From: Parasitella parasitica NRRL 2501
Taxonomy: Eukaryota > Fungi > Mucoromycota
Direction: 5' to 3'
Assembly: GCA_025201805.1 (NCBI GenBank)
Contig: MU619293.1
Coordinates: 69,613 to 133,612, forward strand
DNA length: 64,000 nt
Shown one piece after another: positions 12,281 through 26,254 of the stretch (position 1 is the stretch's first letter; every line of letters starts with the position of its first letter). The position numbers and the translations under genes are program-made. The notes under the pieces were generated by a model that saw nothing but the letters and a program-made list of their open reading frames with translations, ran no database searches and was not told where the DNA came from.

Positions 12281-12399
12281 CTTTTCATTGAATGAACATC
12301 TACTAATTTTAACTACAAATCAACTGAAATGTTACGAGAACCAAAACACTATATGATTCTATTAACTAAAACATGGTTAAGCGCTATGAATTAAACCTA

Positions 12400-12990
12400 G
12401 CAGCATCCTTTCCTCTTATTATGTTCTATTCATATTTGACCGACAATTTGTTTTTGCATTACTCGACGATATCCACCAGCCGGACTGTATATACACTTAA
12501 TCACCACCAACTACCAAAAAAAATGCAGATACATTATTTAATATGACAGCCTTAGATATGCACAACCACCTCCAGATGCCAAAATCCATTGAAGATCCAC
12601 CTTCTTACCTTATAAACTCACTTCCTTCAACGTTCCATACCAAGAACGCAAGAATATCAATTGATGCCTGGCGTATCCGTTGGCCTTCCATATGTGCCAT
12701 ACTATTAGAAATGGACTATTTAGCCCACTCTCAGCTTCCTGAAGTCTCAGACCATCTTGGTGACCCCTCCGTCAATTACCTTCATTACATTCAAGAAACA
12801 TTTTAAGATAGCTAATCATTATTATTCCTTTACACTTCCTTCTTTTACATTTTCCCTTTAATCCCCAAAGTGCCTTTCTTTCCTTTTTCACTGCGATCTG
12901 ACCAGGGCAATACAGCATGTAAACGTTATGTGCTCATTGGCTGCTTTATTTTGTATTATCACATAAAAGGTACCGTTCGTTTCAAAAATA
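12400..12990 (+). mobile_element. 3' remnant of a Mucorales non-LTR (LINE-like) retrotransposon ORF2
   Basis: ORF 12543-12806 (MHNHLQMPKSIEDPPSYLINSLP...AWRIRWPSICAILLEMDYLAH) resembles the C-terminal region typical of these elements, followed by a pyrimidine-rich 3' tail; no RT domain visible. Confidence 0.6.
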
Positions 12991-13338
12991 TACTGTACTG
13001 TGACGAATAGGCTCAAGGTTAACAGTTAATTATCTGAATTGAGAAGCAATTTAACCAAGTTGAAAGTCGACATTATGACTTTTGGGAATAGACAATATGA
13101 TTTTTCGAAAGCGCACAGTACCACTTCCAGTCTAATTTTACTTGTTTTGGATTTATGGAAAAACTGAGAAAACTTTTTTTGGCAATGTCAAACGCAAAAC
13201 AAGTGCTAGAATGTGCCGAAAAAATAGGTTTAAAAACTTTGTGTATAAAAATATTGTCATAGTGTCTTGGAGTAAATAAAAATATAATAAATTTGTTTTT
13301 TTATAAAAATAGAAAAAATTGAGAATCAAGATGATGAT

Positions 13339-15642
13339 TTAAGGAATGATGCCAGAATAGTTGGCAGCAGCCAGATCGCAATGATCAATTTCGTTTCCCC
13401 ACCAATCAGCTTGCCATCCAGATCCCGTAGAGACGCCAAAAATAATAAGGCCGGCAATAACTACACCCGAATCAAATGCGGCTGAGGTGATGTAGTTATA
13501 CTTTGTCCACCAGTCTCTATGATACTTGTGGATATAGTACATGAAGGTAAAGCCAGCAGCAAACCACATGGAAAAATTCAAAGGAACAGCAGGTGGCATC
13601 ATGCCAGTAGAGTTCAAAATCAGAGGCAAATGAATGTACTTGATCCAGCTTTTGGGATACCTCTTGGATAGAAGCCAAATGGGAATAGGGATCAAAAAAC
13701 CAATAAGGAAGAACCAAAGCATACTATTATAAGGGCTTTCAGGACCAAACATCTTTTGAGGCCCTATAGCACCCCAAATTACAGAAGCAGAGTAGAATGT
13801 ACGAGCACTGGGGCAAGTGAAAGGATAAGCAGCAGCTGTGCAAATGTACTTGACGGTATCCATAAGCCAGGTAGCAGTAGCTAAATTCACAAGACCAGCA
13901 ATGGCTGTACCCAATAGCTGGGCCCAGAACATGGCTCTTGGAGGAATCTTGGTGTAGTGACCCAGTTTAAGATCACTAACAAAGATGAGACATTGATACA
14001 TGGAAATAAAACCGTAGGTTTTGAAAGTAACATTGGCAATAGGATGACCAGGAAGGGCAAAACCGATAACAAACTCAGTAATGACATTAAGACCTGGTTT
14101 TTGATTGGTAACAGCTTGTATAATACCGATAGGAAGCACAAATATTGTAGGAATTGCAATGGCAAGTATTAATCCCCACCAAGGGAGGTAAATAGGCCAT
14201 TCGTAAATAACAGCAAAAGAGGCCCCAAATGAAATGGTGAAAATGGCAATATACCACCAATGAGGAACTTCAGGATAAGCACGCATCAACTTGTGGTGGA
14301 TATCTTCATTTTTTTGTGCACGAGAATCCTTGAATTGTCGGATAATGTCCTTACCATGGTACAATACTGTATGTGTTAAAATGCTAGTAATACCTGCAAA
14401 ACTAATACCATAAGTAAGCGCAAAGAAAGAAGACATGCGCAGAGGGCCATATTCCTCATAAAGAACGGGATCCAGAAGCTTGTCAGGAGTCAAGACGAGC
14501 GTGTTGTTCCAGGCCTCACCTTGAGCATTGAAAAGACCGGATGTAAGGATGGGGAATTTTTGAGCTTCCCAAACGTTGGAGTAATATAAAGCAGGTACGA
14601 TAATCCAAGCAATAATAACAAAACCAACACCAATATTAAGAATAGCAAATAATGGAACAACAAGAGGAGAACTAAGGTAAGATGTAATAGTTGCCCAGTC
14701 AAACGAGACAGCCAGCATACCTAAACCGTTATAAGAACCCGTCAATTGAGCCAAAACAAGGTTGTCAGGCTTGATCCAGCAAGCCCAAGAAAAAAAGGTT
14801 AGGATTTGGAAAAAGTAGCCTGGAAGCCAGTAGTAGACAAACATTCCACAGAAGCAGTATCCAAACCAACGAAGTCGAGTAGGGCCGCACCAGTTGATAT
14901 CTGTCTGATGGAAAGAAGTAAAAAGAGAAATATTAGCCAAATTAGAGGGCCAAACCATTGCCGACGGGTATACAAGGAAAGGACGAAGGATTCCAGCCAT
15001 ACCATAGCCAATAAACTGAGTCGTCCAGATGAGCAGAATACCTCCACCCCAACCAAGATTTTGATTGTAAAAGAGGCGCTGAATAGTAACGATGTCAATA
15101 GCATATGCAGCATTGTAAGAGCAATTAGCCATAACTGTAATCAAAACGTGCTCCTTCATATTGAATGGACCGGGATTAAAGAATCTTGATTTGGGAATGA
15201 CCTTTTCCATGATTTTACCAATGGGGAAAGTAAGCAATTGAACAACCAGAGGAGATAAAGTCAAAGCATTTTGTCGGTACCAGAAGAACTGGTTGACAAA
15301 ACTAAGTAAGCAACTGAAAACGATGCCCAAAGACCACATACGGAACGTGTATACGGGAAGAGTTGGGTCATCAGTGCTATTGACGAATGATTTTTAATAG
15401 CCTGTTTGACCGATATCTAAATAGAAGACTTACTTGCGAACCACAGCGCGAACTTCCTCGATAGGGGAGTCTTCATCATCGTCGAGATGGCCCAAAGAGG
15501 ACCTTTCAATATCATCAGGATGTTGCTTTTCATCAGCCCTAGCTTCCAGGAAATCTTCTGCAATCATAGTTTCCGAGATGACATAATCTCCATGACCATA
15601 GTCTTCTTTCTTGCCAAAAGAGGAAACGCTTGTCCCTGTCAT
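13339..15642 (-). CDS. Oligopeptide transporter (OPT family, Isp4/Opt1-like)
   Basis: SPIEEVR, NPGPFNMKEH and DLKLGHYTKIPPR motifs; many TM helices; one intron near 15378-15433. Confidence 0.95.
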
Positions 15643-16862
15643 TTGTGATAGAGAAAGAAGAGTTAAACTGATCAGTATTTAAGGAGAGGCTTTTATTTAT
15701 ATCCATCTGGCTATTAGAAATATTTGAATGATTGATTGCAATGTAAATGTACCCAGATTTCTCTTTTTGTACAGTTTTGTTCTTGCTAAATCACAAGAAC
15801 TTTTTTACTCTTTTCGGTCAAAACCGCCAATTTAAGAAACTATACAGTTGATGGTGCATATGAGGCTGATCCTTTACATAAGTACAAATATTTGCTTGCA
15901 AAATGCCCCTGATAAATATCAAATTGATTAACGCAATCTAGAATAACTAACTACACACGACCATTACAAATCGAAATCTAAAACCTTTCTGATTTTGTAT
16001 AATTTCTTTTTCGACGAAATAGTGTAATGTGTATACCTTTTTAGTCTTTTATATGCATATGCGTGATTAAAACTATATCGTTTGGTTCTTATAATCTCCT
16101 GACGATATGATCCTGAGTGTTGAGAATAGTGGATTATAAAGTTTTCGCAGCTTATATATTGTATTTTACTCTGTATGTTGTTTCATCAATGTTCGTGGTT
16201 CCTAGACTATCAATTGATTGATGACTAGGCGGTCAGGCTACCAATAACGCTAACAACCTTCAATGGTGCAGCCTCGTTAAGGTTATTTAAAATTTTAGAT
16301 AGGAATATGTATGTATGTCGGATAACACACACACACACACACACACAAAAAAAAAAAACTTCTGATTGTTGTGTAACACCCAAACAATAATAATAAAAAA
16401 ATGGAAGGTAAGCATGCAATTCTGGAGGTTCGACACTCTCAGAAGTCTGCGCCACAACATTTTAGTAATGACACACTGATTTGTAGAATGCCATGATTGT
16501 ATAATTACGGTATAAAAGAGAAATATTCTATAACTGGGATTAACAGCCGTAAAGCGTTAGCAAATACGGTATACAAAGAGGCACAAGTAAGCAATCTAAG
16601 CAGGCCAGTTTGATCTCTTCATGTGTTGGTATCGCCATTTAACCTGCTATTTGCTCGACATCATTGCAAAAGCTTGTTGAGCTCGTGAGCCGATATAAAT
16701 AAGGTTATTTCATTACCAAAATAACTTTAAACCCAATAGTCGTGCAGCGTGAGTCAAGTTTGTTGCAACATGGCCTCTTGCCTTTTGAGCAAGCATAGAG
16801 ATACTGACTCTCATAATGTCAAGCTTTAGCTAAAAATCTTGAACTGGAATGCGTCTCTTTAA

Positions 16863-17351
16863 CTTGGCTTCATATAAAGTTTCGTTGCTTATTATAATTT
16901 GAAAACAGTAAAAGACGAAGAAAAGCTAACAGAGAATAGTAGGAAGTTACTGGTAGTCTACTTGACGTTTTTGCCAAGTGGCGATATAAATCTTTGCCAA
17001 ATATAACTATTTAAACTGCCCGTAGAGTTTATACTCTACACCATTTTTGTGTTGAGTTTTTTTTATTGCAATTTAAAAAAAAATTGTAGCTATCAAACAG
17101 GCCATAATCAATAATGCATCATTGATTTTTGAATGTAGTATTTGCACAAGTAAGAAAAAAGGTCTTCTAGATATAAGCATCTAAATGACGTTGCAAATAA
17201 GCGCAAATCACTTTTAATTCTAGATGGGATCGTAGAGTTTGGCTCAGCAAAAAAACTCTCATCAGACATGAAAGCTTAGGTTGTGCCTCAGCATAATGGC
17301 TTTTATTGAACATGAGAGCATTGGTATTGGCTCAGCATAGCTCAAGCCAAG
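16863..17351. promoter_or_regulatory. Candidate Crz1-like (G[G/C]CTCAGCA x3) and PacC-like (GCCAAG x3) sites upstream of VCX1
   Basis: GGCTCAGCA at 17241 and 17329, GCCTCAGCA at 17285; GCCAAG at 16973 and 17346, CTTGGC at 16863. Confidence 0.35.
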
Positions 17352-17551
17352 AATGGGATCATTGTTTAATTCTGCATGGCATACCAAAGCGACGATCATT
17401 TTTCCAATGTGATTTCCCCGCACCTCTCTCTTAATTTGGCAAGTAATTCTGTGAAACCTGGGGTTTGATGTTTAAAAAGACTGAAAAAATCTTTTGTGTT
17501 GCCTTTATCTTTCATATCTTTTTTTTTTATCGACTTGTGAGATTATATAAG

Positions 17552-19141
17552 ATGAGCGAACGTGAACATTTGTTACCTCATCATGAGCAAGACCAAGCCT
17601 TGACTTTTATGTCATCATTGAAGCATACCGTCCTCTCTTCCAAGATTAATTGGCTTCTTGTATTTGTCCCCATTGCTATCATTTTCTCTGGTGCTTCTGA
17701 TACTGTCGTCTTTTCATTGAATTTTATTGCTATTATTCCATTGGCCAAGCTCCTTGGTTTTGGTAAGAAACGCATTGATTTAGTGCTATGGATTATTATA
17801 CATAACAACATCCGTTCGTTTAGCTACCGAGGAAATTGCTCTCAGATCTGGCTCTGTTATTGGCTCTGTAAGTGGTTCATTGATCAATATTAGAATAGAA
17901 ACATGGCGCTAACATTGAAGATAGCTTTTGAACGCAACATTCGGAAATGCGGTTGAGCTCATTCTTGGTATGATTGCGTTGAAGGAAGGATTAGTTCGTG
18001 TAGTTCAAGGTGAGAATTCAAGGAGACATTCATTAATTTAGGATATTCATCGTATTACTGTGTAGCTTCTATTTTGGGTTCTATTTTGTCAAACATCCTT
18101 CTTGTAAGTGTGCAACAGCATTTGGGTAGGTTATCGACTATAACATGCATTATATAGGTTCTTGGCTGCTGTTTCTTGTTGGGCGGCATCGGTCGTTCTG
18201 AACAATCTTTTAACACTACTGGTAAGTCTTATTTATTTTTTTATTTTGTGTAAGGGTAACTAATATTACATCACTTATCAGCTGCACAGACTTCCACCTC
18301 CCTCTTGGGCCTTACTGCTTTGTCTTTATTGATTCCTGCTGCCTTTAGCGCAACTGCTGCTAACGCTACCGAAGTCGATAATGGCATTATCAATCTTAGT
18401 CATGGAACTGCCATTATTCTCTTGATTGTGTACGTTTTATACTTGGTTTTCCAACTCAAGACTCACTCCGAGCTATTTGAAGATGAAGTTGACGAAGAAG
18501 AGGTGCCTCAAACCACGCTTACTTTCTCTATTGTTTCGTAAGTAACAAGTTTATGTTATACTGCAATATATTCATCGTCTATCTTAGTTTATTAGTTATT
18601 GCTGGTTTCATTGCTATTCATGCTGAGAGCCTTGTGGGCGCGTAAGTTCATTTAACTTAATGTTACACATATGCATACTCATTTCCTTGTTCCAAATTTA
18701 GAATTGAAGGTGTGGTTGAAGCCTGGGGCTTGAATGAAACCTTTGTAGGTCTCATAATTTTGCCCATTGTCGGAAAGTAAGTATTGGGAGAATCCCTGTG
18801 CTCTCATCTATACTAAACAGCTACATATTAGTGCTGCTGAACATGTTAGCTCCATCACGTTTGCTATGAAGAACAAGATGAACTTGTGTATAGGTATTGC
18901 TGTTTCTTCATCTCTTCAAATTGGTCTTTTGGTGTCTCCTGTTCTTGTCTTGACTGGTTGGGCCATTAATGTACCTATGACTTTCTTTTTCGAAATCTTC
19001 GAGACTGTTGTTCTATTTTCCAGTGTCTTGGTCGTTAATTATCTCATCGCTGATGGTAAATCCAACTGGCTTGAAGGTGCTTTGCTTTTAGCTTGCTATG
19101 CCATTGTTGCTTTGGCATTTTTCTATCATCCAATTGTCTAA
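17552..19141 (+). CDS. VCX1: Vacuolar Ca2+/H+ exchanger (CAX family)
   Basis: Nine exons with GT-AG junctions give [25 protein letters not shown] plus acidic loop, [18 protein letters not shown]. Confidence 0.93.
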
Positions 19142-19770
19142 ATAACTTCAAAACTAGTAACATATCCACACAAAGTAAAGAAAATCTATGGCAACTAATA
19201 TGCCTTTTTTAATTACAAAGTCTAAATCAACACCTTGATTTAAAACCTGCATAAGTCAGTTTCATATTGACATGAGACCTTCGTAGGAAGAATGAGAGGA
19301 ATAATTTATACTCCGTCGATACGTGATTGGACAACTGTAATTTGCTCACAAAATAGCTCAAGAGTGGCTCATTAGAAACGTAACACAAATAGCGCAAGTA
19401 AAGTTTGAAACTTCATCTATCTTTTGAAGCTGTTGTGAAGTTCTTCAAATATAGTGGTTTATACAACATCAGCAACTCTGTTTGTTCTTATTGATATGCA
19501 ATAAAAACTGTGGAAATTAATGTTCAATGATTACTAATAGCTACTCTTCATTGGAATCCGTTTGAATTCGATTCATAGCATGTTTTCTTTGTCCAGTTGT
19601 GGTTTTGACCACCAGAGAGTTGAAAAAAAAAAAAAGAGTGAATACCATGAAATTTGGATACGCGTAGATCGTGTCCTTTCTTTACGCCAATAGACAAACG
19701 TAACTTATCGAAATAACGTTGATATTGGACAAACTTTTTTTTTTTAATTTTTGCTACTAATTAAAAGGTT

Positions 19771-22700
19771 ATGCCACCATTAGCTCAACGATCTCCTGTG
19801 CCTTACGCACATCAAATCGCACTAATACCAAACACATCCATAGAATTCCCTACCCAACGCCTTTGGGCAGTGTCGATTTTCATACTACTACAGAGTCTTA
19901 AAGTCGTCGACCTGTTTAGGGTTTATACTGCTGCATATCCGAACCAGTACAATGGCATTCTGATCAAGTGGTTTTTCATTGACGCTGCTTACATTTTGGC
20001 TCTCTACATGGTTAAAATCCCTTGGTTGCAATTCAGTTTTCTCAAGACTATATTGCTCATGTTTGCCTTCTTTTGGGTAGACTTTGTAGCATTTGCTATG
20101 CCTATCGTATGTAAATATTATAATCAATCTATGTTTATTGCTAAAGCTGTCGTCTAGTTTGGCGTGAGCTCTGTTTTGTTCAAAGGCATCATCGGCAACT
20201 CGCTTGAAAAAAGAATCGTAGTTTCCAAAGGACAGCTTTCAAATGTCAACAACATTGTTCACAACTCTTCGCACATTTTGGGTACTCACACATTGCACAT
20301 TCTTCCTTATGGGTAAGCGTATCTAGAAACAACCTGTGCAGCTGTTTACTGATGAATTTGATAGCACTGCCAAGTTGAATCCTAGCGATGAGCTATTTTG
20401 CTTATCATCTAACGAGATTGGAAAGAAGGAAATATATATACCCATCATATTGAACAACACAACCCCTCGCTCCATTTCAATTTCTCGTATTGATTTTGAT
20501 ACAGGATTGACTACAATTAGAGAACACACCGGCAAAGACATTCAAAGAGTTACCGAGATTGTTCATGCAAAGGAAGGCATAGAATATTATTATATTCGTA
20601 TCCAGAAACCCGGTGCTTACAAGATCCATCAAATTGTATCAAAGCAAGGTGTTGGAATTCGCTTGGATAACAAAGTCGCATTTGTATACACTTGTCCCTA
20701 TGCTCACATCAACCCTGTCCAAGCCAAAGATTATTGTACTGGGGATAATGAAGTTGTTCAGTTTCAAGTGATAGGTGTTCCTCCTTTGGACGTTTACTAC
20801 ACCAAAAAGACTGACGACCAGAAGGTGCACGACCTTGAGTTGAACAGAATCCAGCCTGAAAATTTCGAATCTCCCTTGTTACGTCGCATAAATGAAGCTA
20901 AATCAATCGAACGTCCCATTATTGCCAAGCCTGACTCAGATTTTTCATGGGCTGCAGCGAAACAACTCGATGTCAATCTTGACCTCACATTCGACAAAGC
21001 TTCCAAGCAGGAGTACAGATTAGCAAAAGTCAGAGATGGCGCAGGAAATGTAATTGATTTGTCTGGATTAGCCGCCCAACATTTGGAGGTGCATAGGCGT
21101 CCGACTGTAAACTTTGGTTGTAGTCAAAAAGAGCCTGCGAATCTGCTAATCGGCGAAAAGTCTGTTCAATTGCCTTTGCTTCTCGAAGGATCCGGCCCAT
21201 TTAATTTGGAGTACAAGTTCTCTGGCAATGCCGAGCATGTTCACAGGGCCAAGTTGAAGCCAAACGAGAGATCTATCGCAGCTCTTTCTCCTGGCGAATA
21301 CAGCCTTGTTTCTGTCAGTGATAAATTCTGTCAAGGCGAAGTCAAATTCCCGTCTTCATGTCTTGTAGCTCAACCTCAACTTCCGGCTGTTAAACTTCAA
21401 TCTACACCTATTCCATCAGAATGTGCTGGCGATAACGAAATTGGCATGAAATTCGTCGCTGAATTCGCTGGTACCCCACCCTATGCTTTGGACTATACTG
21501 TTACCAAACACAATGGTAGAAGCAAACAGATTGTCGAGCGCAAGCGGGAGATTATCGACAGGTCCCGTCATTTCTTTTCTTACTTGCCTAGCAACAGCGG
21601 CGAATACACCTATGAATTCACCTCGCTGGATGATCGCCACTACAAGAAACGCTCTCCTCAGATCGCACCCATCAAGCAGATTGTCCATCCTCAACCTGAT
21701 GCCCGGTTTAGCCCAAAACATCGCTCTGTTCGTACGTGTCTCAACGAAGTCCTGTCTGTCGATGTTGATTTACGTGGCACACCGCCCTTCCGTTTGAAAT
21801 GGACCGTCGGTGATCAGAAATATGGTGATTACGTTGAGAGTGAACGCTACACTATCAAGCTACCACCCTTTGATGTTGCTGGCCAGCATATTGTATCTTT
21901 GGTCAATATCACTGATGACAATGGCTGCACTAAAGAATTAGAAGCTCGTGATTACACCATTGATGTCCGCCGTGATCGCCCTACTGCCTCATTCCTGACA
22001 GAACATCAAGCTGTTCGTACTGTGCTAGTCACTGAAGGTGCCTCTGCAAGATTGCAAATCGGCCTCACAGGCGAGGGGCCTTGGACTGTGTCATACTATA
22101 ACGTAGAATTAGGAGAGCGTAGTTTGGTTACTCGTCGTTTCGATAATGCCAATGCCGAAATTGAAGTCAAGCATGTAGGCCACTACGCACTCTTGAGCGT
22201 TGATGATGCTATCTGCAAAGGAGATGTTTTGGAACCTCAGTATTTGGTCAAGTGGCTGGAAAAACCAACGCTTTCGATTCCTCAGGATCAAGCTCTTGAT
22301 TTAGGCCGCAATATTTTCGAACGTAGTGCCGTGTGTCAGTATGTCAGTGATTCTATCGATATTGAATTCGACGGAAGTGGTCCTTTTTACTGTCTCTACA
22401 AGGAATACCGTTCCTCTATAGGCGGCATCCGCTCGCACTTCCTTGGCTCAGAGGAAATCACTGCTGGTAACAAGCGCGTGCATTTACCACTCAAGACGCG
22501 TGAACCTGGAAAGTATCGCTACGTCTTTGAAAAGATTGCTGATCAGCGGTATACTGATCCCTTTAGCATCGACAAATTGGAAGTACATCAGATTGTTCAT
22601 GCCACCCCTACAGTCAAATTTGCCAAATCTCGCAAGGATCGCACCCTGTGTGTTGGCGAAAAGTTGAACAGCACTGACATGGATCCTATCTATCTTGAAT

Positions 22701-23585
22701 TCACTGGTGTCGCTCCTTTCAAGGCCGAGATCCATCTTCGTCTCGAGTCTGAAAAGTATGGCAGTATCTATTCTATCGAGTCCAAGACAACCAGATACAA
22801 ACTGGATTTACATAATGAACTGAAGGTTGCTGGTACCTACATGATTTCATTAAAAAGCGTCGACGATGCAAATGGCTGTGGCAGTGATGTTACTGATGGC
22901 GAGACTATCCACATTAAAGCCTTGGAGATTGCTACCATTACATCCATCGATACATGTGATAATGTCTGTGTTGGCGATAATATCGACTTTAGTCTCTTTG
23001 GCATTGGCCCATTCACTGTGCAATACCAATTCAACGGGCGAAACGAAATTGCAAAGACTCGTACACCTAAATTGTCACTCTTGGCTGATAAACCTGGTAA
23101 CATCACTGTTGTCTCGGTTGGAGATCAAAGAAACAAATGCAAATCCTACCCCAAGAATCTAAGCAAGCAGATCCATGAGATTCCATCTTCATATGTCAGT
23201 GGTGGTCAGAACATGATAGTAGATGTGGAAGAAGGTACAGTAAAAGCAGTTTCATTTTGTGCAATAAACTAAACCTGAATTTGCTGCAGGTGAAATGGTG
23301 GATGTTACCATTGACTTGATCGGCACTGCACCATTTGACTTTGAATGGCGTAGATATAAACTTGAACGAGACAGCCGCAACAACAATTACTATAAGGGTG
23401 TCGTCTTGGAAAGCCACAATGTATATGGTGTCAAAGAGAACAAATATCTCATTCACACATCAACAGAGGGCATCATCGAGGTAATTTAATGTGGCGTTTT
23501 TTGGGTTATTTGATGAATATTAACTTGTTTGAATTGACACTAGCTTGCAAGCATTAAGGATCGATACTGCCAGTATCCCATCTAG
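19771..23585 (+). CDS. POM152: Nuclear pore membrane protein Pom152
   Basis: N-terminal PTQRLW and TM segment (IPWLQFS), LGTHTLHILPY, then repeated Ig-like units (GxPPF...Y; SVSDKFC/SIKDRYC); ends DRYCQYPI*. Confidence 0.9.
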
Positions 23586-24117
23586 AAAAACAAAAAAACA
23601 AAACAAAAAACAAAACAAAACAATAGTATACATATTGTATAGTCAGAGTAAATAAATGATTAGATAAACACATTTCGTATGATTCATTCGATTAGACGCA
23701 CGCTCTTACGCATAGGCCATTGAGTACTGTGCTTTATATTATGAAAGCTGTTGACTAAATGTAGCTATAGACCCTCTGCAACTGTTTGTTTTAGTTTTCA
23801 TGACAAAAATTTCGAGATTTTTAGGATATACATCGAATCCAGTCATTTCGTAATGACGGCTCCAGCAGAAACAATTGCTTCTTTGATTCGATAAATATTC
23901 TTTTCTTTTATGGATATCATGGTTGTATATACGGTTGTATGTCGTATAATACAGAATGGTACTTTATGCATTCAATTATCGAAATCTTTTGCGTTTTGGT
24001 ATGTATTTACAGTTAAAGCAATATAGAAATGAAATAGAAAGAAAGCCCTGGGCACACTTTTTTCATGAAAATACTCTTTTTTTTTTAAAAAAAAAAAGAA
24101 AGAGAATCAAAAATAGG

Positions 24118-25429
24118 TCAACGGAAACTGCCATTGTATCTTCTTGGAATAGGAGGCGCCAATGGGACATTATCAGCTCGGTAATAGGGCTGGTCCTGGT
24201 ATTGCTGAGGAGGAGGAGGAGGGCTTGTTTTTGTGATCAAAGGTCGATTATGGTAAAGAAACGCAGTTAATGGCTGATCTACAATTACTTTACTTGCAGT
24301 TGGAGAGGGCATGCGATCCTCCAGGGGGGAAGAGGAAGAGGAAGAGGGAGGAGGAGGCTTTGCTTGTCCCGAGATTATCTGCGTCGGTGAGGGAGGTGGT
24401 GGAGATAATAGCTGCTGCAAATGGCGAGTGGCACGATATGGCTGTTGCTGTTGGTTATGTTGTCGTTGCTGGGGGAGAGATCGATAGTTGTAGTGTTGAT
24501 GGTGATAGGGCGGAGACGCAAGCTGGTACTGCTTGTAATGAGAAGCATATGGATCTGGCTTTATCAATGCATTGTTATTGTATGGCGATGATGCAGGAGG
24601 TGCTATGTTGTGTTTATGCATAGCTGTTCCCTTTTTCAGGCGGATGGCATTAAAGATAAATCAAGTAGATCTCATTTCATTGTGCTTACCATTCGTCGGC
24701 GTTTGATGTCGGTAAAAGTCTTGTAACAAATATAGGCTTGTAGAGCATTGCGTCGGATTTTAGGGCTGCATTTCTACATTGATTTGCTTCAGTAAAATGC
24801 TGCTTGCAACACTTGATGATGATATCGCTGTTCTTACCACTCTTGTGTACTGTTTTGAGTAATCGTTACTTGCGTTGAATTGCGAATGGTAATAATTGAG
24901 TTGGCTTGTCTGTAGACGATGAGCTGTGTGTACACTGTTTGGCATGGGTCTCCTTCTACTTACGGTTCGACCGTGCTGGCCTGGCGGATGGGCTTGATTG
25001 TGCTGAATCGTCATTTGAGCTTTTGGCAGCATGGTATGCCCAATGTAGTTTTCAGGTGACATTTGCATGCGTTCTGTTTATGCAAAGGTATGTAATTTAT
25101 CAGCGTCATGTAAGGAATCATAAATATACATCTTAATACCATTCAAGAGCTTGGGCGGACTAGCTGGATGGCTTGATTCGCGTGAAGCATCTCGGCAGTC
25201 AGACTCTACAGAATATGGCCGATAATATAAATTTTAGTCTTTTAGAGATAATAAAAGTCTTACCCAGCAGATTGTGAATAGACATTAATTTAGTGTTGGT
25301 CTTTTCCTTGGCACTATTGCTGGAATATTGATGATTCGCCAGGGAAACTAAAATTGAGCTTGCTTCGGCTTCCTCTTGCTGTAGCTCTGTTCTCTGCGGA
25401 GATGCTGAATGATGAGTTGAATACAACAT
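24118..25429 (-). CDS. Low-complexity Pro/Gln/His-rich protein, putative transcriptional regulator; start may extend into the gap
   Basis: Five exons join in frame through GT-AG introns; short motifs EASSILVSLA, MSIHNLL and KCSPKIRRNALQAYICYKTFTDIKRRR. Confidence 0.65.
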
Positions 25430-25451
25430 GGAATAGCTTGGAAAGAGAAAC

Positions 25452-25940
25452 NNNNNNNNNNNNNNNNNNNNNNNNNNNNNNNNNNNNNNNNNNNNNNNNN
25501 NNNNNNNNNNNNNNNNNNNNNNNNNNNNNNNNNNNNNNNNNNNNNNNNNNNNNNNNNNNNNNNNNNNNNNNNNNNNNNNNNNNNNNNNNNNNNNNNNNNN
25601 NNNNNNNNNNNNNNNNNNNNNNNNNNNNNNNNNNNNNNNNNNNNNNNNNNNNNNNNNNNNNNNNNNNNNNNNNNNNNNNNNNNNNNNNNNNNNNNNNNNN
25701 NNNNNNNNNNNNNNNNNNNNNNNNNNNNNNNNNNNNNNNNNNNNNNNNNNNNNNNNNNNNNNNNNNNNNNNNNNNNNNNNNNNNNNNNNNNNNNNNNNNN
25801 NNNNNNNNNNNNNNNNNNNNNNNNNNNNNNNNNNNNNNNNNNNNNNNNNNNNNNNNNNNNNNNNNNNNNNNNNNNNNNNNNNNNNNNNNNNNNNNNNNNN
25901 NNNNNNNNNNNNNNNNNNNNNNNNNNNNNNNNNNNNNNNN
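25452..25940. other. Assembly gap (N run)
   Basis: Run of n. Confidence 0.99.
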
Positions 25941-26254
25941 NAAAAAAAAAAAAAAAAAAATCCCAGAGGGTGGTAGTGTTAAGCAATTCTTTTATTTGGC
26001 ATTATTACAAAAGTTTGTTCAGAGGTACACTATCATAAACAATAGCAATAGCATCTCATATAGAATATATATATATTATATATATTTATATGTATGCGTG
26101 CCCTATCTCTACCTAAAGACTCTTGCGAGATCAAAAACTGGCTTTTGTGTTTATCCGGATATGAAAACACTGTCCCAAGAGGAGTAACAAGCATATAAAA
26201 CGCTTTCAACTGATTACGGTCGGGCGCGGCCAGCATATTTTATCTTGGGTCAAT

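Noticed and set aside
16420-16445. GGTTCGA T-loop-like motif
   Set aside because: No cloverleaf stems or A box, so not a tRNA
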